From NCBI RefSeq assembly GCF_006345805.1, contig NC_043002.1:22568001-22632000 (forward strand): a DNA stretch of 64,000 bases. Direction: 5' to 3'. Origin of the DNA: Octopus sinensis (taxonomy: Eukaryota). A program made the translations under genes and the position numbers. The notes beneath the pieces were generated by a model, which was not told the DNA's origin, did no database searches, and worked only from the letters and a program-made list of their open reading frames with translations. The first letter of the stretch is position 1. Each line of letters opens with the position of its first letter. Below are positions 54,268-64,000 of the stretch, piece after piece.

Positions 54268-54530
54268 ATGGAGGATTCGCGGTTTCGATTCCCAGACCGG
54301 GCGTTGTGTGTGTGTGTGTGTGTTTATTGAGCAAAAACACCTAAAGTTCCACGAGGTTCCGGCAGGGGGTGGTGGTGACCTTGTTGTACTCTTTCGCTCC
54401 AACTTTCTCTCGCTCTCTCTTCCTGTTTCTTGAGTAACGCTGCGATGGACTGGCGTCCCGTCCAGCTAGGGGGAATACATACGCCACAGAAACCGGGCCC
54501 ATGAGCCTGGCTAGGCTTGAAAAGGGTGAA
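54268..54530 (+). mobile_element. SINE family C (V-domain-like)
   Basis: B box ggtttcgattccc and core gctgcgatggactggcgtcccgtccag. A partial reverse copy lies at 55395-55550. Confidence 0.8.
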
Positions 54531-54551
54531 TAAAATTTTTTTAAAAAAGTA

Positions 54552-54670
54552 TTTCACTGGTACTTATTTTATCGACCCCGAAAGGATGAAAAGTCAAGGC
54601 GATCTTGGAGTAAGTCAAAAGCCGTTAAGCATTTTTGTCCAGCGTGCTAATGACTTTTCCAGCTCGTCGC
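54552..54670 (-). mobile_element. SINE family A, partial
   Basis: ctggtacttattttatcgaccccgaaaggatgaaa. Confidence 0.7.
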
Positions 54671-55700
54671 CATGTACAGAAACGAATAATGCAAACAGAA
54701 CAGAAAAAAAATCTAAGTCAACACCTGCAAGACAGGTTTGGCCAAGAAAATCTTTGAGCCTATCCTCCTTAGAGCTAGAAACTTAGTACATATTCCATTA
54801 AGGAAGAACAGATTATCTTTCGCCAAGTCGGCTTTTTTTTTACCTCTTATTTTTTTAGTTGAGAAATATCAACAGCTGCAACATAGATAGATTCAGAAAA
54901 GACACTGCTGTATATCCTTTAGAAACTTAGGTTTAAGGATCATAGACGATAGCAATCTTTCATTTGTAAACTTTCTAGTGAGTGCATTAAATTCAATCAT
55001 TGGTTTTACTTATATATGTATGTGCGTGACCAGAGTGTGTGAGAAAGTCGACGGTTGGGAGAAACGGCAAGCTGGCCGATCAACTATAGAAATAGCAGTC
55101 AAACCTCCAACTCTGTCATATCAAACTCTATTGTCTTAAAAGAAAGATGCATTAGATAATGTGCACATTGTTCTGGCAAAATATAATGTTAGCATGATCA
55201 TGGATTAAACACTTTTAAGTCATAGATCTGTTTCATTGGAGATGGACTGAGGTTAACCGCCAGAACAGAAATGCGCCATAAAACAGGATTTTTTTTTTTT
55301 AATATCTACAAAAGCGATTATTTGTTCATGTTTATCCTTGTGATTGCGTTGCTGTTATGTGCATTATGTTGTTATATAGGACTTTATAGTAAACGTTCGC
55401 GAAAGATTACAACAGGGGTCGCCACCACCCCCTGCCGGAGTCTCGTGGAGCTTTAGGTGTTTTCGCTCAATAAACACACACAACGTCCGGTCTGGGAATC
55501 GAAACCGCGAGTCCGCTGCCCAAACCACTGGGCCATTGCGCCTTCACAGTGAAATACTGCGGTCGATAAAATCGATTAGCCCCCCTCCCTCATCCAAATT
55601 TCAGGATAACTCGTTTCTACACATCTATTATCCTCTTTATATACATGAACGTATCCTCATGCGTGTGTCTGCATACTCTTTCGGAAAAGCTTTTCACGCG

Positions 55701-55921
55701 TGCGAGATGGTGCCGAAAAGTTCTTGGTTTTAAGTGTATCGCGAAAGGGCTGATTGGAGGCCCAACCCACCGAGTTCTTTTACAGGTCTTAGAAAAACTG
55801 AAGGACCGCTGCAATAAATGTGTGAATCTGAGAGGGGAATATGTTGAAGAAAATCATAATCAAGTGATGCTCCTGTATTTTCTATTACTCCAAACCAGGG
55901 ACTTTTCAGCCCCCTTCCGTA
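55701..55921 (+). mobile_element. Mariner-derived MITE
   Basis: TIRs tgcgagatggtgccgaaaagttcttggttt and aaaccagggacttttcagcccccttccgta. The interior encodes LEKLKDRCNKCVNLRGEYVE (mariner C-terminus). Confidence 0.75.
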
Positions 55922-55957
55922 TCTTATATATATTGTTTTCACATTGATATTGTTTAG

Positions 55958-56730
55958 GGGTGGCTGTGTGATAAGAAGCTTGCTTCCCAACTACATAGTT
56001 CAAGGTTCAGCCCCACTGCCTGGCACCTTGGACAAGTGTCTTCTACTATAGCCTCGAGCCGACCAAAGCCTTGTGAGTGGATTCGGTAGAAGGAAACTGA
56101 AAGAAGCCCGTCGTATATATATGCGTGTGTGTGCTTGTTCCCCCACCACCATCGCTTGACATCCGATGTTGGTGTGTTTACGTCCCCGTAACATAGCGTT
56201 ACGGCAAAAGAGACCCATATAATAAGTACTAGGCTTACAAAGGATAAGTCCTGAGGTTGATTTTTTCGACTAAAGGCGGTGCTCCAGCATGGCCGCAGTC
56301 AAATGACTGAAACAAGTAAAAGAACAAAAGAACATCTACATATAGGCGCAGGAGTGGCTGTGTGGTAAGCAGCTTGTTTACCAGCCATACGGTTCCGGGT
56401 TCAGTCCCACTGCGTGGCATCTTGGGTGTCTTCTACTATAGCCTCGGGCTGACCAAAGCCTTGTGAGTGGATTTAGTAGACGGAAACTGAAAGAAGCCCG
56501 TCATATATATGTATATGTATATATATGCGTGTGTGTGCTTGTCCCCCTAGCATTGCTTGACAACCGATGCTGGTGTGTTTATGTCCCCGTTACTTAGAGG
56601 TTCAGCAAAAGAGACCGATAGAATAAGTACTGGGCTTACAAAAGAATAAGTCCCGGAGTCGAGTTGCTCGATTAAAGGCGGTGCTCCGACATGGCCGCAG
56701 TCAAATGACTGAAACAAGTAAAAGAGTAAA
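55958..56730 (+). mobile_element. Two tandem SINE family B copies
   Basis: Units at 55958-56335 and 56344-56730. Confidence 0.9.
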
Positions 56731-57029
56731 GAGTACTATCGTCCTATTTTTCACAACTCTTAATGAGAGTTCAAAAAAATGCAGTCTTGGAACGAAGACT
56801 TCATATTTACTCTTATTTATCGGCATCTCAGCATCCTTTTTTAATGTCACCTGATTACATTATTCATACCTTTATAACTTCACACCTCTTTATACAGGTG
56901 TTTACGAATGTGAAGTTTCCGTGCATTTATACCTGTGAATATATACGCATTAATATAGTTGGCGCGTCACAGAACTAGTCCGAGAATTTTTGATGCCACC
57001 TCGTATAAGTTTGTATGTATATAGTGGTT

Positions 57030-57545
57030 ACAAATTTTGGCACAAGGCCAACAATTCCGGCGGGGAGAGAAAGTCGACTGTATTGACCCTGGTGTTGAAC
57101 TGGTATTTATTTCATCGACCCTCAAAGGACGAAAAGTAAATTCGAGCTCAGCGGAATTTGAACTCAGAAAGTAAAGACGGACGAAATGCTGCTCAGGGTA
57201 TATATTCGCAGATACAGGTAAAGGGTAACCCCCCCCCACCTGTCATAAATGACCGTGGGATTGCTCCTAAAAAGTTACCCTTCGAGGCTCAAGTCCGGGA
57301 AAGGTTGTTTGTGGAAAACTAGCAGTTGCCCATGCATACCAGCCTCTTCTCTCCACACCACTGATGTTTTCAAACGGAAAGGGAAAAGTCGATACAGCTT
57401 GACACTAGTGACATCACAACTCATTTCTACAGGTGAGTAAACTGCAGCAACATGAAATAAAGTGCTTTGCTCAAGAACGAAACTCACAGCTCAGCCCGGG
57501 AATCGAACTCGCCCAACTCTCTAACCACTGAGCTATGCACCTTCA
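57030..57545 (-). mobile_element. SINE family A (57030-57200) and family D (57230-57545)
   Basis: Reverse-complement matches to the 18323 and 32015 copies. Confidence 0.75.
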
Positions 57546-57731
57546 GGTAAAACACCAATTTACCAGATATTGATGGCCTGTCATCTCTTATATACTCAGC
57601 ATTACTTTACACTAATGTACAGATCTCTATTTCATTTAATTATTTGATTAAATTTCTCATTTGTTTAATTTAGTGTCTGTTGACCAGTATGACCACTCCT
57701 GGTTCAGAAAAATCAGTTATCTTGGAGGACT

Positions 57732-57968
57732 TTGGAACCAGGGGTTCCAGAAAATCGGTTCTTCCTGTACATACCATTTCATGACCATATTTCTAACTAT
57801 AATGGTTGTCTTTCAGTCAGGATTACAATTATTAAGCAGCAAATATGGAAAAAAAATTCTTTGGCACCAGGAGTTCCAGAAAATCGGTTCTTCTTGTACA
57901 TACCATTCCATGACCTTATTTCTAACCATAATGCCTGTTTTTCAGTCATGATTACAATTATTAAGCAG
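57732..57968. repeat. About 130-bp tandem duplication
   Basis: ttgg(a/c)accagg(g/a)gttccagaaaatcggttcttc..ttacaattattaagcagc occurs twice. Confidence 0.85.
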
Positions 57969-58455
57969 CGGAGTGATTGGCGTTAGAAACCTTGCCAGAT
58001 AAGATTGGAGCCCGGTGCAGACTACTGGCTTGCCAGTCCTCAATCAAACTGTCCAACCCATGCCTAGATGGAAAACGGATATGAAATGATGATGATAATG
58101 ATTGATGAGGAAAAAAGTCTTTCGGTTCCATATAATAGCTATCTTATCTTTCATCTTTTACTTGCTTCAGTCATTAGACTACAGCCATGGGGGCCACATA
58201 AAAACGCACTAGTACTAGTACCATGCAAAAAAGCACTGGTTATGGGGCCACATAAAAAAAAAGCACTGGTGCTTGTGTCACATTAAAAGCACCCACTACA
58301 CTCCTATAGAGTGGTTGACATTAAGAAGGGCACGCACCTGTAGAAACTATGGTAAAACGGACAATGGGACCTGCTGTGGCCCCTGTCCTCACCAGCTGCT
58401 GTCAAACTGTCCAACCCATGCCAGCATGGAAAATGGACATTAAATGATGATGTTG
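57968..58455 (+). mobile_element. SINE family F 3' parts (two copies)
   Basis: Both end aaactgtccaacccatgc..atggaaa..ggac/at..aaatgatgatg. Same family as the inverted copy at 60795. Confidence 0.65.
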
Positions 58456-59859
58456 AGTTACATGTTACATCAGATAAAGTAGGTTTAAATATCCAGAAAA
58501 GATAGGAATGGTTCAAGTAGGAATGCATTTGATCAACAGCCTGCCAGATCATAACTGACCTTGGGTTAAATAGCAACAACAAACACATGTAAAACAAAAT
58601 AAATAAAATTTATTTTCTCTTTTACTGCTAAGTAGTATATTGTTAAGGCCATAATGAAGCCCAAGTTGACCCTGAACTGTGCTGATGAAAGGAAAACAAC
58701 TGCCAATGCTGTGGAATAAAAGATCATCATTTTGGTTGTGAGCAGTGAAATGGATGTTGTTGTAGTAGTTGTTGAGATCCAACCTCTAGAGTCTCCAAAC
58801 GTCGCTTTTTAGTCTCGGGTTGAGAATCTGAAATATATAATATTTACAATTAAGTGTGTGTGTATGTGTGCATGTGTATGAGAGAGAGAGTGTGTGTGTG
58901 TGTGTGTGTGCATGTGATACATACCACAGGACAATTTGACAGGGAAAATAACATCACGATTTGTAGCTCAGTGATTTTTGGAGAAGCACAAATGTAAACA
59001 CAAACATCTTTAACACATTTACTCATTTATATATATATATATAGTAGCTGTTGGGCTTGGCATTGCTCATGTTTTCCATGTTAAGCCCACCTCTGACATT
59101 GTATTGCATAAGCATTTCCTTAGAGACCATTCTATCGTTTTTGCTGAAGTTTTACAAGCGGAAAAATGCAAAAGCTGCAGGGAAAATAACATCATTATAG
59201 GAATTTCCATTCAAATGCCTGATTGAGCTCACAAAAATTGATGCCAACTGTCAAGTTTTTGAAAAATTCCACCTTTATTTGAACTTCTACCTATGTGCCA
59301 AAAATCATTAAAATTGGTTGGATGGTGTGGGAGGAGTTTATAGCTTTTGGCCATGACTGTGGGTGTGTGTGTGTATATATATATATATGTATGTATACTG
59401 TAAAAACCCATGAAATTTTTTCACAAAAATAAAAACAAACTTTAGTGGGTGTGTAAATTACATGAGTAGATTGTTTCCGGAATTATTTTAGAAATTTCTT
59501 TTGGTGAAAAAAAATGTACAAAATGTAAACATTCGTACTGGAAGTTGACTCATTTAATTGACTTAAATATAATGAAGTTGACTTTTATTTATGCTGGATG
59601 GTATAATACTTACATTTTCTGTATAAATTTACTAAAACCATTAAATGGTTAACTACTTTTTGAAATCTGAAGTACATGCTAATAATCATGGTCTGGGCCA
59701 TATTTTACATATTTTACTCGGTTGAGTAAAGTGTCATACAAGCTGATGTTTATTGGTAATTAAACATAATTTGCAACATCAGTGTATATTTATCAGCTTT
59801 GTTTTTGTTGATAATTCTTACCAACAACTTTTCCTGTGATCATGGATTGAGAAGACATA

Positions 59860-60170
59860 CAGTAGTATGCTAAAGATCAGACATAATCTCTTGTGGGCAA
59901 GAAATATAAAATAAAGCTTATTATAAACAAGATTATCAACCATCTTTCTAACAACCTTAGACACCTTTTTGAATTCCATATAACAAACACTCATGGACAT
60001 GCTTATAAAATCAAAAAACAACACAGTACCCATGGCTTTCGGAAACATTTTTTGCATGCTCAGAATTGCTGAAACATGGAATAAACTACCTGCATCAGTT
60101 GATAGCTGTTGAGACACTACATTCTTCAAAACTTCCATGCTTCCTGAAATCCACCAACAGTATACCTGAT
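59860..60170 (+). mobile_element. CR1/L2-like LINE 3' fragment
   Basis: KIINHL..THGHAYKIKKQHS..RKHF / RIAETWNKLPASV..FFKTSM matches the RGH..KL..FF..RV..WN.LP..FK tail motif. Confidence 0.7.
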
Positions 60171-60794
60171 GGCTTTTTTTTCCATCTTTTTAGGCGTAGT
60201 GCACCTGAACATTGTATACAACAATTTCCTTCATTATATCATATATACATGCTCACAATTTGTAAATTTCCGATTATGCAGAGACACAGTCTCATACAGG
60301 TACATGCATGCATGCACACACAAACACACAGTTTCATACAGTTACTTGCACACAAACACAATCAGCATCATACTTTCCATTTATTCATTTTTATCATTGG
60401 AATGCTAATGTTGAGAGAGGAGGAGGGTAAACTGATTGGCTAAAGCAGACTGACATTGTCAGTCTCATCAGGGAGGGTATACCAAGCGAGGGAAACTGAC
60501 AGACATGTGTTAGTTCCGCAAAACCATTTTATTTATATAGACAACACAAACGCTTTGTAATTTTATTTAGTAAAATCTAATCATAAGTAAGTGAAATTAT
60601 GCTAAATACAACTAAATTGAAAATCTTTTCCCCCTACCCTGAAAACTTTCTAGGTATGAATTTTACATGAGTAGAAGCTTTTCTTAACAATTTTCATCCT
60701 GAAAATCCCCTGCGTAGATTACACAAGTGCACAATTTACATGGGTATTTATGGTGTATATATATATATATATATATATAATAATATAATAATAA

Positions 60795-60970
60795 TAATCA
60801 TCATCATCATCATCCTCATTTAACGTCCGCTTTCCATGCTAGCATGGGTTGGACGGTTCAACTGGAGTCTGGGGAGCCCGAAGGCTGCACCAGGCCAGTC
60901 AGATCTGGCAGTGTTTCTACAGCTGGATGCCCTTCCTAATGCCAACCACTCCGAGAGTGTAGTGGGTGAT
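60795..60970 (-). mobile_element. SINE family F 3' end
   Basis: (CAT)n tail, tttaacgtccgctttccatgctagcatgggttggacgg and ggatgcccttcctaatgccaacc. Confidence 0.75.
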
Positions 60971-62782
60971 TTTATGTGCCACCGACACAGGTGCCAGACG
61001 AGGCTGGCGAACGGCCACGCTCGGATGGTGTTTTTTATGTGCCACCGACACAGGTGCCAGACGAGGCTGGCAGACGGCCACGCTCGGATGGTGTTTTTAT
61101 GTGCCACCGACACAAGTGCCAGATGAGGCTGGCGAACGGCCACGATCGGATGGTGTTTGTTACGTGCCCACAGCACGGAGGCCAGTCGATGCGGTACTGG
61201 CTACGGCCACGTTCGGATGGTTTTCTTGTGTGCCACCGGCACTGGTACCACAAAGATACAAATGTTCATCTATTTTGATTTGATTTGATTTTCACTTGCC
61301 TCAACAGGTCTTCACAAGTCTCACACACTTGCCTCAACAGGTCTTCACAAGTGTCACATACTTGCCTCAACAGGTCTTCACAAGTGTCATAAGAAGGAAG
61401 GTATGCACAGGTGGACTGACTACGTCCCAGGTAGGGGCCACGGGTTATGGCCTGACTAGTCTTGCCGGGTCTTTGGATGGTGTTTTTATGTGCCACCAAC
61501 ACAGGTGCCAGATGAGGCTGGCGAACGGCCACGATCGGATGGTGTTTGTTACGTGCCCACAGCACGGAGGCCAGTCGATGTGGTACTGGCTACCGCCACG
61601 TTCGGATGGTTTTCTTGTGTGCCACCGGCATTGGTACCACAAAGATACAAATTCCATTGATGTTCATCTATTTTGATTTGTTTTGATTTGATTTGATTAT
61701 GATTATGATTATGATTATTATCATTATTATTATTATCACTTGCCTCAACAGGTCTTCACAAGTGTCATAAGAAGGAAGGTATGCACAGGTGGACTGACTA
61801 CGTCCCAGGAAGGGGCCACGGGCTATGGCCTGACTAGTCTTGCCGGGTCTTCGGACAGGTGCCAGATGAGGCTGGCGAACGGCCACGATCGGATGGCGTT
61901 TGTTATGTGCCCACAGCACGGAGGCCAGTCGATGCGGTATTGGCTACAGCCACGTTCGGATGGTTTTCTTGTGTGCCACCGGCACTGGTACCACAGAGAT
62001 ACAGATTCCATTGATGTTCATCTATTTTGATTTGTTTTGATTTTTTGATTTGTTGATTTTCACTTGCCTCAACAGGTCTTCACAAGTGTCACAAGAAGGA
62101 AGGTATGCACAGGTGGACTGACTACGTCCCAGGTAGGGGCCACCACGATCGGATGGTGTTTGTTATGTGCCCACATCACAGAGGCCAGTCGATGCGGTAC
62201 TGGCTACGGCCACGTTTGGATGGTTTTCTTGTGTGCCACCGGTACTGGTACCACAAAGATACAAATTCCATTGATGTTCATCTATTTTGATTTGGTTTGA
62301 TTTTCACTTGCCTCAACAGGTCTTCACAAGTGTCACACACTTGCCTCTGCCTCAACAGGTCTTCACAAAGTGTCACACACTTGCCTCTGCCTCAACAAGT
62401 CTTCACAAGTGTCACACACTTGCCTCAACAGGTCTTCACAAGTGTCATAAGAAGGAAGGTATGCACAGGTGGACTGACTACGTCGCCGGGTCTTCGGATG
62501 GTGTTTTTATGTGCCACCGACACAGGTGCCAGATGAGGCTGGCGAACGGCCACGATCGGATGGTGTTTGTTGTGCCCACAGCACGGAGGCCAGTCGATGC
62601 GGTACTGGCTACGGCCACGTTCAGCTGGTTTTCTTGTGTGCCACCGGTACTGGTACCACAAAGATACAAATTCCATTGTTGTTCATCTATTTTGATTTGG
62701 TTTGATTTTCACTTGCCTCAACAGGTCTTCACAAGTGTCACACACTTGCCTCAACAGGTCTTCACAAGTGTCACATACTTGC

Positions 62783-62785
<3 letters not shown>
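60971..62785. repeat. Modular higher-order tandem array (modules of about 64, 135, 33 and 95 bp)
   Basis: Recurring blocks: P (atgtgccaccgacacaggtgccag..), Q (gtgcccacagcacggaggccagtcgatgcgg..), R (acttgcctcaacaggtcttcacaagtgtcac) and S (aagaaggaaggtatgcacaggtggactgac..). About five cycles. Confidence 0.9.
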
Positions 62786-62841
<56 letters not shown>

Positions 62842-63133
62842 TATACACATGTATGCATATAATCATGTTCCATGCTTGCATGGGTTGGACAAAAATGTTT
62901 TTCAGTGCCTACTGGAATCATAATCCAGACACACCATAAATTGTGCAGACATGCTAAACACTAAGGCAATTGTCATTTTATTCATTCTTTCACTCATTCA
63001 TCCATCCATACATACATGTTTTGTGCGTGTGTGTGTGTAATTGCACACACAATTACGGAGAAAGAGAGTGAGAAATGGTAAAGTGTAATGCATAAATGAA
63101 AATCAGAAGAATTCCTTTTTTTCTTTGTTGCAG

Positions 63134-63187
63134 ATTGCAGAAGAGATGGAAAAAGAAAGAAAAATGTTTCAGTTACAAGCATGTGAA
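63134..63187 (+). CDS. ASAP1: Internal coding exon of an ASAP-family ArfGAP (ASAP1/2-like), BAR domain
   Basis: Polypyrimidine tract plus CAG acceptor (63131-63133) and GTAAGT donor (63188). The 54-nt phase 0/0 exon reads IAEEMEKERKMFQLQACE, against vertebrate ASAP1 IAEEMEKERRLFQLQMCE as recalled. Confidence 0.88.
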
Positions 63188-63624
63188 GTAAGTATCTTTA
63201 ATGACAGGACGGGCATCTGACTGTAAAGCAATGCTTTAGTAATATTTATTCGTCTGACCTTTACTACCACTGCAAAATAGACAATATAATGAACAAAATA
63301 TCAGAATGAAAATTGTATTTTTACCATTCAGCTGGTCATTATATTTCTTGACCATCCAACACTGACATCAACAGATCAGCTGTCCTCTATTATAATGACC
63401 ATCACTACTGGCATTTCACGTTTACCAGGTCATTATGTAACTGACCACTAATAACTGATATCTACTTATTGCTAATGTATATGTAATAAACCCTTAAAGA
63501 GAGAGCCCCAGGATGACCACAGTCCAATGACTGAAACAAGAAAAGGATAAAAGATAGATAGTCCCCTAAAACATTTAGTCATGGGACCCCTAGGCTAATC
63601 CCTGCTTTGATAGTGAAAGTGGGC

Positions 63625-63816
63625 TTAACTCTAGCATTTAATCCAGCCATTTCTGGTCCAGATATTCTCCTGGTTTTATGTTAAACAAGGTCATTCTAAA
63701 AATAAACAACCACATCATAGAAATTGTGAAGCTATGAGAAAATGCATGATTAATTCAAAACAATGTGAATAAATAAGGTTTCATTTGACAAAGAAATCTG
63801 AATGTTCAAGAGTTAA
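63625..63816 (-). mobile_element. piggyBac-like MITE
   Basis: TTAA at both ends; imperfect TIR ttaactctagcatt / aatgttcaagagttaa. Confidence 0.6.
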
Positions 63817-63890
63817 AGTTGTATTTGTGTGGCCATATCAGATACCATATCAGATATCCATATCAGATACCATAAGCATCTACATAAATC

Positions 63891-64000
63891 TTTGGCATTG
63901 CTGGCTTTCCGTACTATGTGATTTTGGCATTGCTGGCTTTCCGTACTATGTGATTTTGGCATTGCTGGCTTTCCGTACTATGTGATTTTGGCATTGCTGG
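63891..64000. repeat. 32-bp minisatellite running off the window
   Basis: tttggcattgctggctttccgtactatgtgat repeated three times plus a partial copy. Confidence 0.9.

Noticed and set aside
61294-62785. 33-bp R repeats resembling a CRISPR array
   Set aside because: The repeats are adjacent or separated by repeated modules rather than unique spacers. There are no cas genes and the context is eukaryotic.

Overview
AT-rich eukaryotic DNA packed with repeats and microsatellites. The SINE families, (TA)n/(TAGA)n/(CAC)n density and LINE mix resemble a coleoid cephalopod (Octopus-like) genome; this taxon call is an inference. The only host coding sequence I recognise is a 54-nt phase 0/0 exon (63134-63187, +; IAEEMEKERKMFQLQACE) from the BAR domain of an ASAP-family ArfGAP, so much of the window is probably intronic. 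The rest is decayed mobile DNA. DNA transposons: mariner and Tc1 (IR/DR) copies, mariner and piggyBac-like MITEs, a full-length Chapaev-like element and a Helentron-type HINE. Retroelements: HERO, Dong/R4, Tx1-like, RTE and CR1 LINE fragments, and about six SINE families. Four observations stand out. (1) About ten minimal type I hammerhead ribozyme motifs in several unrelated Penelope-like/retrozyme-like repeats, including U3:A8 and G3:C8 compensatory variants of the core C3:G8 pair. (2) A complete 1.64-kb ORF1-only retroelement (CCHC knuckle, no EN/RT) with a 21-bp TSD, whose 3' tail matches the commonest SINE. (3) A modular higher-order array growing inside a SINE. (4) A (TAA)n landing pad holding an R4/Dong element. 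Nearly all ORF-track entries are microsatellite read-throughs.
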